Made by a program: the position numbers and the translations under genes. The notes under the pieces were generated by a model. That model did no database searches. It had not been told where the DNA came from and was given only the letters and a program-made list of their open reading frames with translations. From sequence record SRR31156797_2189: 64,000 nt of DNA. One strand, written 5' to 3'. Shown piece after piece: positions 28,696 to 40,091 of this stretch (positions are counted from its first letter, which is position 1; the number at the start of each line of letters is the position of its first letter).

Positions 28696-29628
28696 TTAAT
28701 AAATGTGTACTTCTGGCTCTAACTGAACCCCTGTTTCCTCTTTAACCTTTTTCTGTATAAAAACCATAAGCTCAACTATATCAGCAGGAATCGCATCACC
28801 ACTGTTGATGATGAAATTAGCGTGTTTGCCTGAGATTTTGGCTCCTTTCAGTTGAAAACCTTTCAGACCAACGGATTCAATCAATCGCCCGGCCGAATCG
28901 TCCTTGGGATTTTTAAAAAAAGAACCGGCTGATCCCGCCCCCCCAGGTTGGTGTACCTTCCGCCAATGGGCATATTCTCGACATCGACCTTTAACCTTTT
29001 CTCCATCTCCTGATGCCAGCTGCAAAGTGCAACCGACTATAACATATCTCTGCCCTGCTGATTCACGGGGAAAGCTGGTTGTTCGATAACCGAACGCAAT
29101 CTCTTCTGCCTGTACTTCCAGTATCTGCCCAGTGCCAGACACCAAGCTCACGGAATGCACTATATCAGCCATTTGACTACCGTGGGCGCCTGCATTCATG
29201 CGTATGGCTCCCCCTAATGTCCCGGGAATACCGGTTGCCCACTCCATGCCAGCCAACGCCTTTTGAGAACAAAAAGAAACCACCTGCCCTAACCTGCACC
29301 CACCACCAACAGTGACAAAAACACTACCAACAGCCGCGGTACTCTTTTTCTCTACCGTCCTAATTTCTGTAAACACATCCCCGAGTCGTATAAACAAACC
29401 TTCAAAGTAGTCGGTGACGAGGATATTTGATCCTCCGCCGAGCACGGCCCACTGCACACCGTTTGATTCCAACCAAGCAAGGAGAGCCCCCAGTTCGTCT
29501 AGTTTTTCCACCTTAACCAAGGCCTCCGCCCTGCCACCAACCTTGAATGTCGACCGGCTCCCCATATCCACATCCCACTGTACTTGTGAAACGCGCTGCT
29601 CCAATTGCTTGCGCTGGCTATCGATCAT
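28696..29628 (-). CDS. murB: UDP-N-acetylenolpyruvoylglucosamine reductase
   Basis: GGGSNIL, GIPGTLGGAIRMNAGAHG, SAGSFFKNP, KHANF, LEPEV. Confidence 0.96.
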   Translation of the reverse strand: MIDSQRKQLEQRVSQVQWDVDMGSRSTFKVGGRAEALVKVEKLDELGALLAWLESNGVQWAVLGGGSNILVTDYFEGLFIRLGDVFTEIRTVEKKSTAAVGSVFVTVGGGCRLGQVVSFCSQKALAGMEWATGIPGTLGGAIRMNAGAHGSQMADIVHSVSLVSGTGQILEVQAEEIAFGYRTTSFPRESAGQRYVIVGCTLQLASGDGEKVKGRCREYAHWRKVHQPGGAGSAGSFFKNPKDDSAGRLIESVGLKGFQLKGAKISGKHANFIINSGDAIPADIVELMVFIQKKVKEETGVQLEPEVHIY

Positions 29629-29636
29629 GAATCAAG

Positions 29637-31019
29637 CTACTTCTTTTCAGCAATAAGGTGAAGCACTTGCTCACCGGTACGTACAATATTCCCTGCTCCT
29701 AATGTCAAGAGCAGGTCATTTTCCTGCAAAAGCGGAAGCAGCTCGGCGGGTGAATCAATAAGCCCTTGAATATAGTAGGTATTTCGCTGTCCATGTTTCT
29801 GTATTGCATCCTGCAAAGCCACGCTAGTTACACCGTCAATAGGCGCTTCACTTGCTGGGTAAATATCAGTAAGGACCAACACGTCCGCCCGATGAAAAGC
29901 AGTCACAAACTCATCAAACAAACCCTGGGTTCTACTGTAACGGTGGGGCTGAAAAGCAACGACAAGTCTCTTTTCCGGCCAGCCTTCTCGAACCGCATCA
30001 AGCGTTGCTCGAATTTCTGTTGGATGATGTCCATAATCATCTACTACCAGCACACCCTCAACCTCGCCTTTAAGCTCAATACGACGCTCTACGCCTTGGA
30101 ATCCCTGCAGCGCCATAGCGATAGTGGAGAAATCAATCTCAAGCTCCAACCCCACAGCGATGGCTGCCAGACTGTTATAGATAGTATGCCGTCCCGGGCG
30201 GTTGAGGGTTACCTGACCCAACTCCTCCTGCCGTCTCTTAACGGTAAATCTGGTGCCGCCATCCGTTGATACAATCCGGGTGGCATAAAGGTCCGCCTGT
30301 TCAGTCAGGCCGTAGGTTATGGTTCTTTTATGAATCTTTGGCAGAAGCGCGGCGATATTTTTATCGTCAAAACAGACGATCGCAACTCCATAAAAGGGTA
30401 ATCGGTTAATAAACTCAAGAAAAACATCTTTAATGTGATCAATGTCCCGGTAGTAATCCAAGTGCTCCAAATCAATATTTGTCACCACTTCAATCACTGG
30501 AGACAATTTCAAAAAAGAACCATCACTCTCATCGGCTTCTGCAACCAGGAATTCACCTTCACCCAGTTTTGCATTGCCCCCCAGGCTTGCGACCTTGCCA
30601 CCAACCACGATGGTCGGATCCAATTCAGCCTCTCCCAAAATGGTGGCAACCAAAGAAGTAGTAGATGTCTTACCATGACTACCGGCAATAGCTATACCAT
30701 ATTTCTTTAACCTCATAAGCTCGGCAAGCATCTCTGCCCGCTGAATGACAGGTACATGCTCCTCCCTTGCCTGAGCTACTTCAGGATTATCTTCTGCAAT
30801 AGCGGTGGAGGTAACTACCACATCAGCATTCCCTACCCACTGACGCTCGTGGCCACGATAGATTTTAGCACCAAGCTGCTCCAAATTCCTCGTTATATCT
30901 GTTGCCTGGAGATCGGACCCACTTACGGTATAACCTAGATTCAAAAGCAGTTCGGCGATTCCGGACATTCCAATCCCACCGATTCCGACAAAATGAATAT
31001 GTTTTGTTTTTCTGTACAT
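29637..31019 (-). CDS. murC: UDP-N-acetylmuramate--L-alanine ligase
   Basis: [38 protein letters not shown] 31019 preferred. Confidence 0.97.
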   Translation of the reverse strand: MYRKTKHIHFVGIGGIGMSGIAELLLNLGYTVSGSDLQATDITRNLEQLGAKIYRGHERQWVGNADVVVTSTAIAEDNPEVAQAREEHVPVIQRAEMLAELMRLKKYGIAIAGSHGKTSTTSLVATILGEAELDPTIVVGGKVASLGGNAKLGEGEFLVAEADESDGSFLKLSPVIEVVTNIDLEHLDYYRDIDHIKDVFLEFINRLPFYGVAIVCFDDKNIAALLPKIHKRTITYGLTEQADLYATRIVSTDGGTRFTVKRRQEELGQVTLNRPGRHTIYNSLAAIAVGLELEIDFSTIAMALQGFQGVERRIELKGEVEGVLVVDDYGHHPTEIRATLDAVREGWPEKRLVVAFQPHRYSRTQGLFDEFVTAFHRADVLVLTDIYPASEAPIDGVTSVALQDAIQKHGQRNTYYIQGLIDSPAELLPLLQENDLLLTLGAGNIVRTGEQVLHLIAEKK

Positions 31020-31023
31020 TGCT

Positions 31024-32130
31024 CTAAATACCCGGTTTGCCTGCCTTGGTTTTTTTTTCAATAAGGCGCAAGCACTGCTCTACGATTCGATCAGTAGCTT
31101 CCGGCACTCCCATTTCACGCATCTTAGCTGCCATTGTTCGTAACTCACCTTCCGGCTTCAACAATATACTACAGAGCACCTCCGCCAGTTCATGCCCTGA
31201 AAGGGTATCCTGCTGCCGTATCAAGCACCCACCCCCCTTGGCATAATACTCAGCATTGGTCTGCTGATGATCATCCGCTGCGTGAGGGTAAGGGATAAGA
31301 ACAGCTGGAAGTCCAGCCACGGCAAGTTCCGCCAGTGTTGTTGCACCTGCTCTTGAAACCACAAAATGAGCACGCTTGTAAAGCTCAGCCATATCTTTAA
31401 AAAACGGCTGCACCTCCACCGCCACATCCAGGTCGCCATAGGCTTCGGCAACCGTCTCGTAATCTTGCTCACCGGTTTGATGTATAATATGAAAGCTGTG
31501 TCCTTTCCCAACCAATTCTCTAACGGCTTCAACAAAGAGGGAATTAACCCTGTGCGCGCCCTGACTCCCGCCCAAAACAAGTAATGTCAACGGGCTCTGC
31601 CACACTTTTCCTGCTACAGCTTTTTCCAGTATTTCTTGACGTACAGGGTTGCCCGTCTGTACCACCTTTGCGGCCGGAAACGTGTCACCGCATGGCATTG
31701 ATATGCAAATAGTGTCTGCGATTCTTCCTGCCAACCTGTTTGCAAGCCCTGGTACTGAATTTTGTTCATGGATGCACACTGGCACACCAAGCATTTTTGC
31801 TGCCAGCATCACAGGGCCGGTAACATAGCCGCCCACTGCAAAAACCAGATCGGCCTTAAACCTTCTCAAAATTTTGATAGCAGTCAGCACTGCTATTGGC
31901 TGTTGAAACAAGCTGCGAGCTTTTTCGACAACCGTTGTTCCTTTTAATCCGCTGCAATGAAGCACCACTGTCTCCACATCTGTCCCGGCAAGAACCTGCT
32001 GGTCCAATGCTCTTGCAGTACCAATAAACATGACCTCTGTTTGCGGTACAGCATGCTGCATTGCCTTTGCCAGAGCAAGCCCAGGAAACAAATGACCGCC
32101 AGTCCCCCCGCCAGTAACAACTAAACGCAT
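31024..32130 (-). CDS. murG: MurG glycosyltransferase
   Basis: [35 protein letters not shown]. Confidence 0.97.
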   Translation of the reverse strand: MRLVVTGGGTGGHLFPGLALAKAMQHAVPQTEVMFIGTARALDQQVLAGTDVETVVLHCSGLKGTTVVEKARSLFQQPIAVLTAIKILRRFKADLVFAVGGYVTGPVMLAAKMLGVPVCIHEQNSVPGLANRLAGRIADTICISMPCGDTFPAAKVVQTGNPVRQEILEKAVAGKVWQSPLTLLVLGGSQGAHRVNSLFVEAVRELVGKGHSFHIIHQTGEQDYETVAEAYGDLDVAVEVQPFFKDMAELYKRAHFVVSRAGATTLAELAVAGLPAVLIPYPHAADDHQQTNAEYYAKGGGCLIRQQDTLSGHELAEVLCSILLKPEGELRTMAAKMREMGVPEATDRIVEQCLRLIEKKTKAGKPGI

Positions 32131-32333
32131 TCTGCACATCCCTGGTAGTTTGATTGCAGTGCGCTGCCTTCATGACCTGCAGCTAAAAAATTCTCAATCT
32201 CGACCATGGCTTCATGGAAACACTGTGGACAATAACCATGGGAAGCAACAGCTCCTTCGTCAATATAGTTGATATATTGCCATGAACCATCGTGCTCAAC
32301 CTTGCTGCAAACACAACATACTTTAATTGTCAT
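32121..32333 (-). CDS. Small Cys-rich putative Zn-binding protein at the usual ftsW position
   Basis: CCVCSK...W...SHGYCPQC; overlaps the murD stop and murG start (translational coupling pattern); same motif pattern as the C-terminus of the response regulator at 17592. Confidence 0.7.
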   Translation of the reverse strand: MTIKVCCVCSKVEHDGSWQYINYIDEGAVASHGYCPQCFHEAMVEIENFLAAGHEGSALQSNYQGCAECV

Positions 32334-33714
32334 TGAGTCCGCCTTTTTCCTTCTCCAGCCTCAAGCGCTGCACACTTTCCATGAATACCCTTCCACGCTC
32401 TTCATACCCAGAATACATGTCAAAACTTGCACATCCAGGGGCAAGCAGAACCAGGTCCCCTTCCTTTGCAAATGTACAAGCAGACTGTACAGCAGCATCC
32501 ATTGACTCTACCAGGGTAACAGGCACAATATCCTCAAAAACATGCTTCATTTTTTCTGCCGCCTCCCCTAGCAATATTAGGTGACTCACCTTTTGTGCTA
32601 TAATATCGCGCAAAAACTGCCAGTCACCACCCTTTTCTCTGCCGCCAGCGATCAAGACCACCGACTCTGAGCACCCTTGCAGCGCGGCATGCAATGCCCC
32701 ACAATTTGTCGCTTTAGAATCATTTATATATCGAACACCATCAATTACTGCTACTTCAGTCATTCTATGCAGTGGCGGCTGAAAAACATTGAGTCCGCTT
32801 TGAATCTGCTCTCTACTGCATCCGGCAAGCCTCACGGCAAGAATGGCTGCTGCTGCGTTGAGGCGATTCACAAAAGAATTGAGGTGCGTACATTCCAAAT
32901 TATAGGTTTCCTGCCTCAATATCCCATCTTCCATAAGCCTCAAATTAACAAGATCCCCTTTGATGGATGCAGCACACTCCTTATCCATCCCAAACCTATA
33001 GACTTCAACATTGTCGACGCTGCTGACTCCAGCCAACCTGGCGTCATCTCCGCCTAAAATTAGTCGATCCCCTAATCGCTGGTGGCCAATCAGTTTTAGC
33101 TTGGCCTCCACATATGCCTCCACAGTATGGTGGCGATCCAGATGGTCCGGCGAGATATTTAAAATCAGACCAATATCAGGTCTAAAAGCACCTGCTAAAT
33201 CCAGTTGAAAGCTTGAAAGTTCAAGAACAACTACATCCGGCTGTTCCTTGCTTGTAAAATACTCAAGTAAGGGGGTGCCGATATTACCGCCTACAAAAAC
33301 TTTTTGTTTAGCATGGGCCAACAACCAGCCAACAAGAGAAGTCACTGTCGTTTTCCCATTTGAACCAGTAATGCCAATGACGGGGACCTCGAAATTTCCG
33401 GCGGCAAGTCCTAGTTCACCTACAATTTCAACTCCCTTTTGCCTCACGGCATTCAGTACAGGTAAATCCAGCGGAATCCCGGGACTGGGTACTACAAAGT
33501 CAAAAGAAGTCAGAAATTCTTCTGTGTGCCCTCCAAATTCAAAAATAACCCCCTTGCTCTGCAGACCCGCAATCATATCTGCATGGAGTTTGTCAGAGGT
33601 ACTGCCTTCAGATACACCGACACATAGGTCACGATCGAGCAGGTACCGAACAACTGACTGCCCTGCTTTTCCGCATCCGATCACCACACCTTTCATACCT
33701 GGAACAAGAAGCAC
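32323..33714 (-). CDS. murD: UDP-MurNAc-L-Ala--D-Glu ligase
   Basis: SPGIP, ITGSNGKTT, GGNIG, ELSSFQL, DHLDRH, NDSKATN, APGCASFD. Confidence 0.97.
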   Translation of the reverse strand: MLLVPGMKGVVIGCGKAGQSVVRYLLDRDLCVGVSEGSTSDKLHADMIAGLQSKGVIFEFGGHTEEFLTSFDFVVPSPGIPLDLPVLNAVRQKGVEIVGELGLAAGNFEVPVIGITGSNGKTTVTSLVGWLLAHAKQKVFVGGNIGTPLLEYFTSKEQPDVVVLELSSFQLDLAGAFRPDIGLILNISPDHLDRHHTVEAYVEAKLKLIGHQRLGDRLILGGDDARLAGVSSVDNVEVYRFGMDKECAASIKGDLVNLRLMEDGILRQETYNLECTHLNSFVNRLNAAAAILAVRLAGCSREQIQSGLNVFQPPLHRMTEVAVIDGVRYINDSKATNCGALHAALQGCSESVVLIAGGREKGGDWQFLRDIIAQKVSHLILLGEAAEKMKHVFEDIVPVTLVESMDAAVQSACTFAKEGDLVLLAPGCASFDMYSGYEERGRVFMESVQRLRLEKEKGGLNDN

Positions 33715-33716
33715 TC

Positions 33717-34796
33717 TTACCTCAACTTTAAAGTAGCCAAACCGACCAACCCAAGTATGATCGAAATAATCCAGAACCTGACGACTACCTTTGGCTCAAC
33801 CCACCCTTTTTTCTCAAAATGGTGATGAATTGGGGCCATTAGAAAAATTCGTTTTCCCCCTGTGAGCTTAAAATATCCCACCTGAAGGATGACGGAAACT
33901 GCTTCCAATACAAAAATACCGCCAACAATGGCCAACAGTAGTTCTTGTTTGGTAATAATGGATACGGCACCAAGTGTACCTCCAAGGGAAAGCGACCCAA
34001 CATCTCCCATGAAAATTTGGGCAGGATAGGTATTAAACCACAGAAAGCCTAAGCACGCCCCAACCAAGGTGCCACAGTACACAGCAACTTCACCTGCACC
34101 ATGCACAAAAGGAACCTGCAGGTACTGGGCAACCACCATATTGCCAGCTACATAAGAAAAAACGAGATATACGGATCCAGTAATAACGATCGGACCTGCA
34201 GCTAGTCCATCCAGGCCGTCGGTCAGGTTAACAGCATTGGAAGCGCCGACAATAACCAGCACAGCAAAAGGAATATACCACCAACCCAAATCTGGCAAAA
34301 TGCCCTTAAAAAAGGGAAGACTCAGTACCCCGTCATAAACGGGATGTAAAATAAGATACAGGCCGACAATGGAAGCACCCAGCACCTGCAGCGCTAGTTT
34401 TTCCCTGGCTGTCAGCCCTCTGGAATTCCCCTTACGTATCTTTTTCCAATCATCCACAGAACCGATAATGCCAAAAAAAGCACTAACCCCGAGCAGCAGC
34501 CACACCAGACCATTGGTTAAGTCAGCCCAAATAATGGTTGAAAAAATCATAGCTGCTAAGATAAGAACGCCCCCCATGGTAGGTACACCCTGTTTTGAAA
34601 AATGCGACTCAGGACCGTCCTCTCTTATCACCTGACCAATCTGTTTCTTTTTAAGCCAGGTAATAAAAATCGGGCCGACAATGATCACAAAAAGAAGGGC
34701 CGTGATTGAGCTGCCAATGGCCCGAAACGTAATGTAACGGAAAACATTGAGCCAGCTGTAATCGATGTGAAGAGGATAAAGGAAGTTATAGAGCAT
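33717..34796 (-). CDS. mraY: Phospho-MurNAc-pentapeptide transferase
   Basis: [34 protein letters not shown]. Confidence 0.98.
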   Translation of the reverse strand: MLYNFLYPLHIDYSWLNVFRYITFRAIGSSITALLFVIIVGPIFITWLKKKQIGQVIREDGPESHFSKQGVPTMGGVLILAAMIFSTIIWADLTNGLVWLLLGVSAFFGIIGSVDDWKKIRKGNSRGLTAREKLALQVLGASIVGLYLILHPVYDGVLSLPFFKGILPDLGWWYIPFAVLVIVGASNAVNLTDGLDGLAAGPIVITGSVYLVFSYVAGNMVVAQYLQVPFVHGAGEVAVYCGTLVGACLGFLWFNTYPAQIFMGDVGSLSLGGTLGAVSIITKQELLLAIVGGIFVLEAVSVILQVGYFKLTGGKRIFLMAPIHHHFEKKGWVEPKVVVRFWIISIILGLVGLATLKLR

Positions 34797-34807
34797 AATG
34801 CATCCCG

Positions 34808-37800
34808 TTAAATTTTCAGGAGCCGTTCCAGCTCTTCAATCATAGTTTCCATTCGCATCCCCCGAGACCCCTTGGCAAGCAGCCAGTCATTACCAGTAAC
34901 CACCCCGTTGGCGATCTGATGGTACAACCAGGCAGCAATAGCCTTTGGATCGGGAAAAACATAAATACACTGTTCTGCCATTCCTGCAGCTAATGCTCCC
35001 TTGGATACACTGGCTGCATACTCACCGGTAACGGCAAGCACGTCGTAGCCAAGTTCCGCCACCAGGCACCCTACTTGTTCATGTGCTTCTCCAGCCGTAT
35101 CTCCTAGCTCAAGCATATCTCCCAGTGCAGCAATGCGCTGCCCCTGCTCGCCAAAAGACGCTACTGTACGCAAAGCAGCAGCCATGGATGCAGGATTCGC
35201 ATTATAGGTGTCGTTTATCACCTGCAACCCTCCAGGGAGGGTAATTGCCACCATGCGTTTATCATAACCTGAATAGGACTCAAGGCCGACAACGATATCT
35301 GCAAGTGGAAGACCCGCGGCAACCGCAATTGCTGCTGCTGCTGCTGCGTTGCTCACATTGTGCTTACCAGGGACCTGCAGCGAAACCCGTTTTTTTTCAC
35401 CCAGCACATCCAGGGTGAAGTTTGTCCCCAAGTGTCCTTTATTAAAAATACGCGTCACTTGAACCGCGGGCTTGTATCTTCTGCCTGTTGCGGTAACGGC
35501 AAACCCGATTTTTTCCCCCTGATCCCCCTTGACCAACCTGCGCACATGATAATCATCATAGTTAACGACCTTTGTATTCTCTGGCCGCATGCCAGCAAAC
35601 AATTCACCTTTTGCGCTCGCAACACCTTCAACGGTTCCAAGGCCAAGGAGATGTGCTGGCTGCACATTATTAATGCAGCCAATATCAGGATCTGCAATGG
35701 CTGCCAGCTTGCCAATCTCGCCAAAGCAGTTCATTCCCATCTCCAGAATCGCAGTTTTGTGTGCCAAAGTCACCGGTAGCAGTGATAATGGGAGTCCTAT
35801 CAAGTTATTGAAATTCCCCTCGGTTTTCAACACCGACTTCCCAGGGTTTTGCTTTTCCTCACTGCAAGCAGCAAAAACTGCAGAGGTCATTTCCTTGACA
35901 GTTGTTTTCCCTGAACTGCCGGTTATGGACACCACAAGCAGCCTTTTCCCCAACAACCTGCGCCGGTAACCGGCAAGCGCTCCAAGAGCGGCAAGTGTAT
36001 CCTGAACCTTTACAACCAATACCTTGCCATTGACAGGGCTCCACTCCTGGTCAACCACAACCACGGCTGCGCCTTTTTCAATTGCTAGCTCTACGTAATC
36101 GTGACCATTAAATTGCTCACCATGAAGCGCCACAAAAATATCACCGGGTTCTATGGACCGTGAATCTGTTGACACTCGATTATAGAAAGCCGTCTCTTTT
36201 CCTGAAATTACCTGACCTTTGGTCGCGGCCAACAGGTGCTTAGCAGACCATGCTAACAACCCCTGCAACGCTTCAAATCGATCATCGAAGTAATGCTTTT
36301 CGCGGCCAATTATCTGGTATGCTTCATGCCCCTTTCCGGCAATCACAATCCAATCCTCATTTTCTGCCTGACTGCAGGCAAGGGTAATTGCCCTGTGCCT
36401 GTCACTAACCACAGAAAAACTTTTTGTTTTTTGCGACCGTCCAAAGAGCTCTTCAGCTGGTACCAAAGCAGCTCCTGAGGCTTCTACACCCGGAACAATA
36501 TCTGCTATTATCCGTTCAGGATCTTCGGTTCTCGGATTGTCTGAAGTGACAACAGTACGATCTGCCCACTGGCCTGCAATCCTTCCCATTTCGTGGCGTT
36601 TGCCGCGATCACGATCACCACCACAACCAAACACGCAAACTAACTTTCCGTCACAGAGTTCCTGGGCAGTCCTCAAGACATTATCCAGAGCGTCAGGTGT
36701 GTGCGCATAATCAACAAAGACAGCAGGTTGTCCCCCTGATTGCTGCTCATTTAACACCACCTGCTCCATTCTACCAGGAACGTTTTCAAGACCTGCCAGC
36801 CCATCACTTACCTGCTGACAATTCAACCCCAGTGCACGACTGATTCCTGCGGCAGTCATCATGTTGAGGATATTAAACTCTCCTGTCAAAACAGACTCCA
36901 CACTCACCTTTTGATCAACAAAGTGGAGGGTGCACCGCGTACCGCTGCTGCTTTGTACTATTTCGCCAGCCCAAATATCATTTTCAGGTTCCAAACCGCA
37001 TCGACACACCTTCAAAGATTGAAGAGCATCAGCAAGTCTAGCTCCCCAATTTTCTCCTTTATCATTTTTTCTACTCACAATGACAGCAGAGCCATCTTTT
37101 TTAAGATGGTGATGAAACAATCGCTGCTTTACCTCAAAATACTCTTCAAAATCATGATGGTAGTCCAAATGATCCCTGCTTAAATTTGTAAAAGCAGCAA
37201 CATCGAAGAGCAGTGAGCCCAATCGTTTTTGATGAAGGGCATGGGAAGAGACTTCCATGAGTACATGTGTCACCCCATTATCAGCCATTACTCGCAGCGT
37301 CTTCTGCAGGGTCACAGGGTCTGGGGTGGTCAGGGGTGCCTCCTGCAGCACCACTGTATTCCCCTTCTCCACATACCTGTAATTAACCGTGCCGATTACC
37401 CCCGGTACGTATCCGGCTTCATCCAGTATTTTTTCAAGCAACCACGTACAGGTTGTCTTACCGTTTGTCCCTGTCAAGCCCGCGAGCACCATATTCTCAG
37501 CTGGCCTTCCATAAAAGACAGCTGCCAATTCCGCTAAAGCAGCCCGTGAATCTTCAACCAGTACAACCAGAACGTTTTCCCCAAAAGATTGGAAATTTTT
37601 GATACAATTTTTCTCGGCAACCACCAGGATAGCGCCTTGCGCAATCGCATCTTTTATAAATGTATGTCCGTCGTGGTGTTCACCCTTTACCGCTATAAAA
37701 ACACTTCCCGAACACACCTCCCTGCTGTTACAGGTCAGAAGGGCAAGCTCCTGTTCCACATCAACATCTCCGCCTATCTGGGCAGATGGCTCGAATGCCG

Positions 37801-37825
37801 TAAGTAAAGTTTTTAAGGTCGGCAT
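34808..37825 (-). CDS. murE-murF: Fused MurE-MurF ligase
   Basis: N-half: GTNGKTT, MEVSSH, DYAHTPD, GCGGDRD, DNPR, AGKGHE. C-half: [40 protein letters not shown]. Single 1005-aa frame. Confidence 0.95.
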   Translation of the reverse strand: MPTLKTLLTAFEPSAQIGGDVDVEQELALLTCNSREVCSGSVFIAVKGEHHDGHTFIKDAIAQGAILVVAEKNCIKNFQSFGENVLVVLVEDSRAALAELAAVFYGRPAENMVLAGLTGTNGKTTCTWLLEKILDEAGYVPGVIGTVNYRYVEKGNTVVLQEAPLTTPDPVTLQKTLRVMADNGVTHVLMEVSSHALHQKRLGSLLFDVAAFTNLSRDHLDYHHDFEEYFEVKQRLFHHHLKKDGSAVIVSRKNDKGENWGARLADALQSLKVCRCGLEPENDIWAGEIVQSSSGTRCTLHFVDQKVSVESVLTGEFNILNMMTAAGISRALGLNCQQVSDGLAGLENVPGRMEQVVLNEQQSGGQPAVFVDYAHTPDALDNVLRTAQELCDGKLVCVFGCGGDRDRGKRHEMGRIAGQWADRTVVTSDNPRTEDPERIIADIVPGVEASGAALVPAEELFGRSQKTKSFSVVSDRHRAITLACSQAENEDWIVIAGKGHEAYQIIGREKHYFDDRFEALQGLLAWSAKHLLAATKGQVISGKETAFYNRVSTDSRSIEPGDIFVALHGEQFNGHDYVELAIEKGAAVVVVDQEWSPVNGKVLVVKVQDTLAALGALAGYRRRLLGKRLLVVSITGSSGKTTVKEMTSAVFAACSEEKQNPGKSVLKTEGNFNNLIGLPLSLLPVTLAHKTAILEMGMNCFGEIGKLAAIADPDIGCINNVQPAHLLGLGTVEGVASAKGELFAGMRPENTKVVNYDDYHVRRLVKGDQGEKIGFAVTATGRRYKPAVQVTRIFNKGHLGTNFTLDVLGEKKRVSLQVPGKHNVSNAAAAAAIAVAAGLPLADIVVGLESYSGYDKRMVAITLPGGLQVINDTYNANPASMAAALRTVASFGEQGQRIAALGDMLELGDTAGEAHEQVGCLVAELGYDVLAVTGEYAASVSKGALAAGMAEQCIYVFPDPKAIAAWLYHQIANGVVTGNDWLLAKGSRGMRMETMIEELERLLKI

Positions 37826-37831
37826 GTACAG

Positions 37832-39682
37832 TTAAATCCCTTTTTGCAGAGTCAAAAAACACTCATCAATACTGGCCAGTGGTTCACCTGGAGCTGGATC
37901 CTGTTTTATAATCTTTCCGCTTCCGCTGATTCTCACCCTAATATTATGAGTGTTGATTCTTTGTAACCCCTTGCGCAAGCTCAATCCAACCAGCTCCGGC
38001 ATATGCACTGTTGCCGCCACTGCTGTCTCCACAGGTTCTTGAAAATCGAGTCGTTTACTAATAAAAAATTGATGGAAATTCTCAGGACTTTTTTGTTGCG
38101 TATACGCTGGCCGCTCCATTTGCGGCGCCTGCATCACCTTGCTCAAAATATCTTTGCCTATATTGGCCAGTTTTTCTTTTTTCTTGTTTTTCGGCTGCGG
38201 CATCAAGCTGTCTTTTTCAACTGCCATTACCAGCATATAACGCGGCATTTTCACAGGTAAAAGCCCCATGTAAAACTCCTGCATCAGATAATGTGACAGC
38301 CCGTTGCTCACCTTTATGCCAACATGTGAAGTCGTCATGTCAACCAGCCCTTCCTTCCCGCTTTTTTTAAGGCCTTCATTCCTAAACAACTCCCTGCGCA
38401 CGATGATCCCTGAAGCGGGATCAAGAATATGCTCTCGCTCAGCTCTTTTTTGGTCTCTTACATATTCTCTATCTGTCCCGTGGTCATATATTCCTTCCAG
38501 AACATAGGGCGCTATTCGCCAGCCCCCATTAACAAGGCTTGCCAGTGCTACGCTCATTTGCGCGCCGGTAAGGGTGTCTTCCGCAGGATCTTTTACCGAT
38601 TCTCTTCCCAGCTGTTCGTCTCTAGGGTTCGTCCCCCACCGGTCCAGCACCGGTTTTTTTAGCCCTAACTGCGTCTCAAACTTTTGCAGGGTTTGTTCAT
38701 CTACACCATACCGAGGAGCGGCTACTGTCGGAGGCAGCATTTTTTTCATTGCCAGTCCTTCCCTGGTTATAGCTGCAGCCTTTGCAATAATCGGTTCAAT
38801 GAGCGCCTTGTGCAAATCGTGTCGATAGACCCTGTTCAACCGCACCTGTTCATCAGCCTGCCAAAAATAATTGGGATTAAAAGAAGGGTAATTCATTACC
38901 GCCAATACCTTACCGGTAAACGGCTCCAGCAAAACCCCCATTCCCTTGGCTGCGCCCTGTTGAACAAGATAACTTCGGAAACGCTTTTCAAGCTGCTTTT
39001 GAAGATCAATATCAAGGGTCAACACCACATCCGTCGCCTTTTTGCCTAGAATAGGCTGATCAGTCAAATCGATTTCTTTTACATCCTCTTTTCTAAACGC
39101 TCCTGGCTGAAGCAGTGTGTCATACCTCCCCTCAACCCCTGCCAGCCCAATCCCCTCGCCTACAAAGCCGAGTACATGTGATGCGGCTGTATGAGCCGGG
39201 TAAAAACGTACTTCTTCGGACTTGCAGTATATCCCCGGCAGGTCGGCCTTATTGACCTCCGCCGCCTGGTCACTGTCCAGATCATCTGCTAATTCAATAA
39301 CGCGTTGACGACTCTTGAGTTGAATTTCCAGTATTTTCGGGCTTTCTTCCAACACCTGTCCCAGAAGCACAGCCGCCTCTTTTCGGTCTCTTATTTCAGC
39401 CGGGTGCACAAACAAAGAGAACAATCGATACGAAACAGCCAGTTCTTTCAACGATCTGTCGTAAATAGTGCCTCTTAAAACAGGTTCAGCGGGCGAATCG
39501 CCCGCTGCGAACCATGTTTTTTTGTCTACTAAGGCCATCATTCCTTTACTTAAATCCTGAAGAACAGCAGGATTTAAGTACAAGAACACACCGCTTATTA
39601 TTAACAAAACACAAACAAAAGCACTAAGACGCCGTCGTCTTTTTCGCTTCTTTATTAGTCGTGGAGAAAGAGTACTGACCAT
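37832..39682 (-). CDS. FtsI/PBP3 homologue with degenerate transpeptidase domain and C-terminal PASTA
   Basis: TM, RGTIYDR, RFYP, GLAGVE, LTLDIDLQ, GKVLA, NGG...P and PASTA present; no SxxK, SxN or KTG at the expected positions; syntenic with ftsI. Confidence 0.85.
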   Translation of the reverse strand: MVSTLSPRLIKKRKRRRRLSAFVCVLLIISGVFLYLNPAVLQDLSKGMMALVDKKTWFAAGDSPAEPVLRGTIYDRSLKELAVSYRLFSLFVHPAEIRDRKEAAVLLGQVLEESPKILEIQLKSRQRVIELADDLDSDQAAEVNKADLPGIYCKSEEVRFYPAHTAASHVLGFVGEGIGLAGVEGRYDTLLQPGAFRKEDVKEIDLTDQPILGKKATDVVLTLDIDLQKQLEKRFRSYLVQQGAAKGMGVLLEPFTGKVLAVMNYPSFNPNYFWQADEQVRLNRVYRHDLHKALIEPIIAKAAAITREGLAMKKMLPPTVAAPRYGVDEQTLQKFETQLGLKKPVLDRWGTNPRDEQLGRESVKDPAEDTLTGAQMSVALASLVNGGWRIAPYVLEGIYDHGTDREYVRDQKRAEREHILDPASGIIVRRELFRNEGLKKSGKEGLVDMTTSHVGIKVSNGLSHYLMQEFYMGLLPVKMPRYMLVMAVEKDSLMPQPKNKKKEKLANIGKDILSKVMQAPQMERPAYTQQKSPENFHQFFISKRLDFQEPVETAVAATVHMPELVGLSLRKGLQRINTHNIRVRISGSGKIIKQDPAPGEPLASIDECFLTLQKGI

Positions 39683-39687
39683 TTCAC

Positions 39688-40050
39688 CTACATCTGATGC
39701 ACCTGCCCTTTGGTGGGCACGTAAAGTTCTAGGCGCGCCCCAGCAGCGGCCTGAATATGGCTTTCTGACGCAAGCTGTGCCCGTTTTGCTAACAAGACCA
39801 TATGCAAATCATCAAGCGCTTTCTGCTGGTGCTGCACCTGTTGAAGCATCTGATGAGTCCTTTGAATCTGCCAACTAAAAAGTTGACTTGTGCCGGCAAC
39901 GACCAGCGACACACCAATCAAGATAGCTAACAAGGGCCTCTGCAATTGTTTAGGCGGAGAAATCGCCAAAGATTTACGCCTGACTTTCCGCCTGGCCAAA
40001 GAAGTATTACATGTCGGCCGATAGGGCTTAACACTAATATTTGTTATCAT
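39688..40050 (-). CDS. ftsL: Cell division protein FtsL (putative)
   Basis: Basic tail, TM, coiled coil; between rsmH and the PBP gene; GGAGG RBS before ATG 40050. Confidence 0.72.
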   Translation of the reverse strand: MITNISVKPYRPTCNTSLARRKVRRKSLAISPPKQLQRPLLAILIGVSLVVAGTSQLFSWQIQRTHQMLQQVQHQQKALDDLHMVLLAKRAQLASESHIQAAAGARLELYVPTKGQVHQM

Positions 40051-40091
40051 AACATTGCCTCCGCAATTTAATGAGAACGAAAGTCGCTTCT

